From sequence record SRR22947725_875: a DNA stretch of 50,425 nt; one strand, written 5' to 3'. The notes beneath the pieces were generated by a model. It was given only the letters and a program-made list of their open reading frames with translations, had not been told where the DNA came from and made no database searches. A program made the translations under genes and the position numbers. This document shows positions 47,630 to 50,425 of the stretch, in pieces. Every line of letters begins with the position of its first letter. Positions within the stretch are counted from its first letter, which is position 1.

Positions 47630-48655
47630 ATGAAATATTTTGGTGAAAAAAATTATGAGCATGGCAGTAAGGATAAAACAGGAATCTTGATTACTAATTT
47701 AGGGACCCCTGATGCACCAAATGCAAAATCACTTAAAATATATTTAAATCAATTTCTTTCAGATCCAAGAGTAATTGAAATTCCAAAAATAATATGGCAA
47801 ATAATTTTAAAACTAATTATTCTACAGATCAGACCAAGAAAATCTGCTGCTAATTACAAAAAAATTTGGACAGATAAAGGCTCTCCACTTTTAGATATTT
47901 CGCAAAGACAATTAGACGGTGTTAAGAAAATAATATCAGAAAAATATCCAAATGTTCAGTTTGCACTAGGAATGCGTTATGGCAATCCTTCTATAGAAAA
48001 AGCTTTAAAAGATTTGCAGCAAAAACAAGTAAGACGACTACTAGTTTTGCCTTTATACCCCCAATATTGTGCAGCGACAACAGCAAGTACATTCGATGAG
48101 GTAACGAATACTTTGCAAAAATGGAGATGGATCCCTGAATTACGCTTTATTAATCAATATTTTGAAGAAGAAAAATATATTGAAACTTTAGTATCCTCTA
48201 TAGATGATTTTTGGAAAAAAAATGGTAAGCCTCAAAAAATAATTTTTAGTTATCATGGTATTCCTAAAAGATATTTAATTAATGGTGATCCATATCACTG
48301 CTTTTGTCTAAAGACGACTAGGCTAGTTAAAGAAAAAATGAGACTTAGTGATGATCAAATTATGACGACTTTTCAAAGTAGATTTGGAAGAGAAGAATGG
48401 TTACAACCATATACAAGTGAAACTTTAAAGGAGTTACCAAGCAAAGGTATAAAAGATATCCATATTATATCACCTGGGTTTAGCGCAGATTGTCTTGAAA
48501 CACTTGAAGAACTAGAGGAAGAAAATAGAGAATATTTTATTGAGTCTGGCGGAGAAAAATACAAATACATTCCTTGTCTCAATGATAATGAAAAACATTT
48601 AGATTTTATTTCACATTTAATTATAAAAAATACTCATGGTTGGAATAAAGAATGA
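47630..48655 (+). CDS. hemH: Ferrochelatase
   Basis: NLGTP, FLSDPRV, MRYGNP, PLYPQY, SYHGIP, FQSRFG..EWLQP, F.ADCLETLEE. Confidence 0.96.
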   Translation: MKYFGEKNYEHGSKDKTGILITNLGTPDAPNAKSLKIYLNQFLSDPRVIEIPKIIWQIILKLIILQIRPRKSAANYKKIWTDKGSPLLDISQRQLDGVKKIISEKYPNVQFALGMRYGNPSIEKALKDLQQKQVRRLLVLPLYPQYCAATTASTFDEVTNTLQKWRWIPELRFINQYFEEEKYIETLVSSIDDFWKKNGKPQKIIFSYHGIPKRYLINGDPYHCFCLKTTRLVKEKMRLSDDQIMTTFQSRFGREEWLQPYTSETLKELPSKGIKDIHIISPGFSADCLETLEELEEENREYFIESGGEKYKYIPCLNDNEKHLDFISHLIIKNTHGWNKE

Positions 48656-49455
48656 CACAGCACAATTTTGATGAAGCAAAAAAATGGTTTGAAGATCTCC
48701 GAAATCAACTCATTAAGATAATTGCTGATATAGATGGTAATGATTTTATTAAAACTAACTGGAGCCATCGTCATAAAGGTGGTGGAACAATGGCAAAGAT
48801 TAAAGGATCAGTTATTGAAAAAGGTGGAGTAAATATATCATCTGTATCTGGAAAATTTAACAGTCAAATGCAGGATAAAATTCCTGGAGCAAAAGATAAC
48901 CCAAAATATAACGCTACTGGTATAAGTGTAGTATTGCACCCTGTGTCTCCTAGAATTCCCTCGATGCATTTTAATACTCGTTATTTGATGACAACTGAAC
49001 AATGGTTTGGTGGCGGAATGGATATTACACCTTGCATGGAATTTGAAAAACTTGAACTCTATCACCAGGGATTAAAATATATTTGTGATAAGTACGACCC
49101 AAAAAAATATTCTGAATATAAAAAATGGTGTGATGATTATTTTTATCTTCCCCATCGAAAAGAAGCAAGAGGAGCAGGTGGTATATTTTTTGATTATTTA
49201 AAAAATGATTGGGAACAAGATTTTGATTTTATTAAGGATATTGGAAGATATTTCAGAGATTTCATTCAATCAACTCTAACGGAATTAAAAAATGAAAAGT
49301 GGAGTAATAAAGAAAAAGATTTGCAACTAATAAAAAGAAGTCGTTATGCAGAGTTTAACTTATTGCATGATAGAGGAACCAAATTTGGTTTAGAGACTGG
49401 TGGAAATATTGATGCAATTTTAATGTCAATGCCTCCAGTAGCTAAGTGGGATTAA
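48652..49455 (+). CDS. hemF: Oxygen-dependent coproporphyrinogen III oxidase
   Basis: EKGGVN.S.V.G, ATGIS.V.HP..P..P..HFNTRY, WFGGG.D.TP, RG.GGIFFD, R.RY.EFNL..DRGT.FGL. Confidence 0.95.
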   Translation: MTQHNFDEAKKWFEDLRNQLIKIIADIDGNDFIKTNWSHRHKGGGTMAKIKGSVIEKGGVNISSVSGKFNSQMQDKIPGAKDNPKYNATGISVVLHPVSPRIPSMHFNTRYLMTTEQWFGGGMDITPCMEFEKLELYHQGLKYICDKYDPKKYSEYKKWCDDYFYLPHRKEARGAGGIFFDYLKNDWEQDFDFIKDIGRYFRDFIQSTLTELKNEKWSNKEKDLQLIKRSRYAEFNLLHDRGTKFGLETGGNIDAILMSMPPVAKWD

Positions 49456-49456
49456 A

Positions 49457-49876
49457 ATGGTCTTCAATATATTAAAAACAATCCATATTTTTAGTGTAAT
49501 AGCATGGATGGCGGGGCTTTTATATTTACCAAGGATATTTGTATATCATGCTGAAGATGATATTAAAAAAGAAACATCAGAGACTTTTAAAATAATGGAA
49601 AAGAAATTATTTAATATAATTATGATGCCTGCATTTATTTTTACTTGGATTTCTGGATTGTCTATGCTGTATTATATTGGTTTAGATTTTTGGCTTTTTA
49701 TGAAAATATTTTTTGTTCTTTTACTTACAATCTATCATTTTATATGTAGAAAATGGTTGTTGAGTTTTGCTAATGATAATAACAAAATAAAATCTAAATT
49801 CTTTAGAATTACTAATGAAATTCCTGCATTCATATTAATTTTAATCATAATTTTAGTAGTTTTTAAGCCCTTTTGA
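49457..49876 (+). CDS. hemJ: Protoporphyrinogen oxidase HemJ
   Basis: K..HI..VIAWMAGLLYLPRIFVYH, ME..L...IMMPA, R..NEIP, VVFKPF. Confidence 0.93.
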   Translation: MVFNILKTIHIFSVIAWMAGLLYLPRIFVYHAEDDIKKETSETFKIMEKKLFNIIMMPAFIFTWISGLSMLYYIGLDFWLFMKIFFVLLLTIYHFICRKWLLSFANDNNKIKSKFFRITNEIPAFILILIIILVVFKPF

Positions 49877-49957
49877 GCATAATTGAATTATTCATATTGA
49901 ATTAAAATTTCTTAGTTGTATTGCTTGGAAATTCAATTTTTCTTAGGAGGAAATAAA

Positions 49958-50425
49958 ATGAAAAAATTAATTAATATTTTTTTGGTATTGGTTATCTCAA
50001 GTTTTGTTTCAACCTCGTATGCTGCTTCACTAAAGTGGTCAATGCCAGGTGACTCATTAACTTTAGATCCACATGCACAAAATGAAGGACCTACTCACAT
50101 GGTCTCTCGTCAAGTTTATGAAGGATTAGTAACTCCAGGTATTAACATGGAAATACTCCCACAACTTGCAGAGTCATGGGATGCTACTAGTGCTGATACT
50201 TGGGTATTTAATATTCGTAAAGGTGTTAAGTTCCATGATGGTTCATCTTTAACTGCAAGCGATATTGCTTTTAGTATTAATAGAGCGAAAACAGCTCCAT
50301 CAGATATGGTGGATTTGATTAAAAGTATTAAATCAGCTTCAGCTACAGGTGATCATACAGTTGAAATAAAAACTGAAGGACCAAATCCTATTCTTTTAAA
50401 CCAATTAACTCAGATATTTGTAATG
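49958..50425 (+). CDS. ABC transporter substrate-binding protein family 5 (DppA-like), 3'-truncated by window edge
   Basis: SD AGGAGG, ATG 49958; MKKLINIFLV..SYA signal, TLDPH, VYEGLV, P.LAESW, IRKGVKFHDGS.LTASD; open to the window end. Confidence 0.9.
   Translation, partial: MKKLINIFLVLVISSFVSTSYAASLKWSMPGDSLTLDPHAQNEGPTHMVSRQVYEGLVTPGINMEILPQLAESWDATSADTWVFNIRKGVKFHDGSSLTASDIAFSINRAKTAPSDMVDLIKSIKSASATGDHTVEIKTEGPNPILLNQLTQIFVM

Noticed and set aside
6935-49065. Short antisense or alternate-frame ORFs in the track (6935, 15967, 16523, 19060, 21461, 26087, 30315, 32375, 33100, 35789, 36952, 37094, 38686, 42372, 44792, 48373, 48838)
   Set aside because: All overlap well-supported genes and show no recognisable motifs; treated as shadows
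1-50425. rRNA, tRNA, CRISPR array, integrase/transposase, riboswitch
   Set aside because: Intergenic gaps are short and AT-rich; no repeat-spacer pattern, cloverleaf, recombinase motif or recognisable guanidine/SAM aptamer seen by eye (no covariance search was run)

Overview
Very AT-rich, gene-dense window with many 1-13 nt gene overlaps. ALA-synthase hemA, a GcrA-family gene and hemJ point to an alphaproteobacterium, and the streamlined style suggests a marine SAR11/HIMB59-like oligotroph (inference). From left to right it holds: the 3' end of ald; a divergent ureohydrolase with a DUF1989 gene; alr; a core MetE-like gene; a phosphonate-monoester-hydrolase-like gene; and a family-5 ABC importer ending in galM. 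Next comes a ~19 kb sulfo-sugar catabolic region, then housekeeping genes (speB, Prx, NUDIX, msrA, FrnE-type DsbA, mini-GcrA, cfa), an orphan MotA/MotB-like pair, a heme cluster (hemA, cytochrome b561, long hemC, hemE, hemH, hemF, hemJ) and the start of another family-5 binding protein. The main finding is a candidate mosaic sulfoquinovose (SQ) pathway: a GH188/SqgA-like oxidoreductase, a fucose-isomerase-fold isomerase, a YihV-like kinase and a YihT-like aldolase, clustered with SlcC and ComDE. This would carry sulfolactate on to sulfoacetaldehyde rather than excreting it. It is flanked by sugar importers, sulfatases, a Cys-less FGE-fold protein paired with an unknown GH-like protein, and a PhyH-family Fe/2OG enzyme with a halogenase-type HxG motif. 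Other signals are a probable CTG start for the FrnE gene, tandem NrdR-like boxes before a GcrA lacking its DNA-binding domain, a duplication-extended MotB stalk and a HemC-HemD-like fusion. No rRNA, tRNA, CRISPR array or mobile element was recognised. All family assignments come from motif recognition and recalled sequences; no database searches were run.
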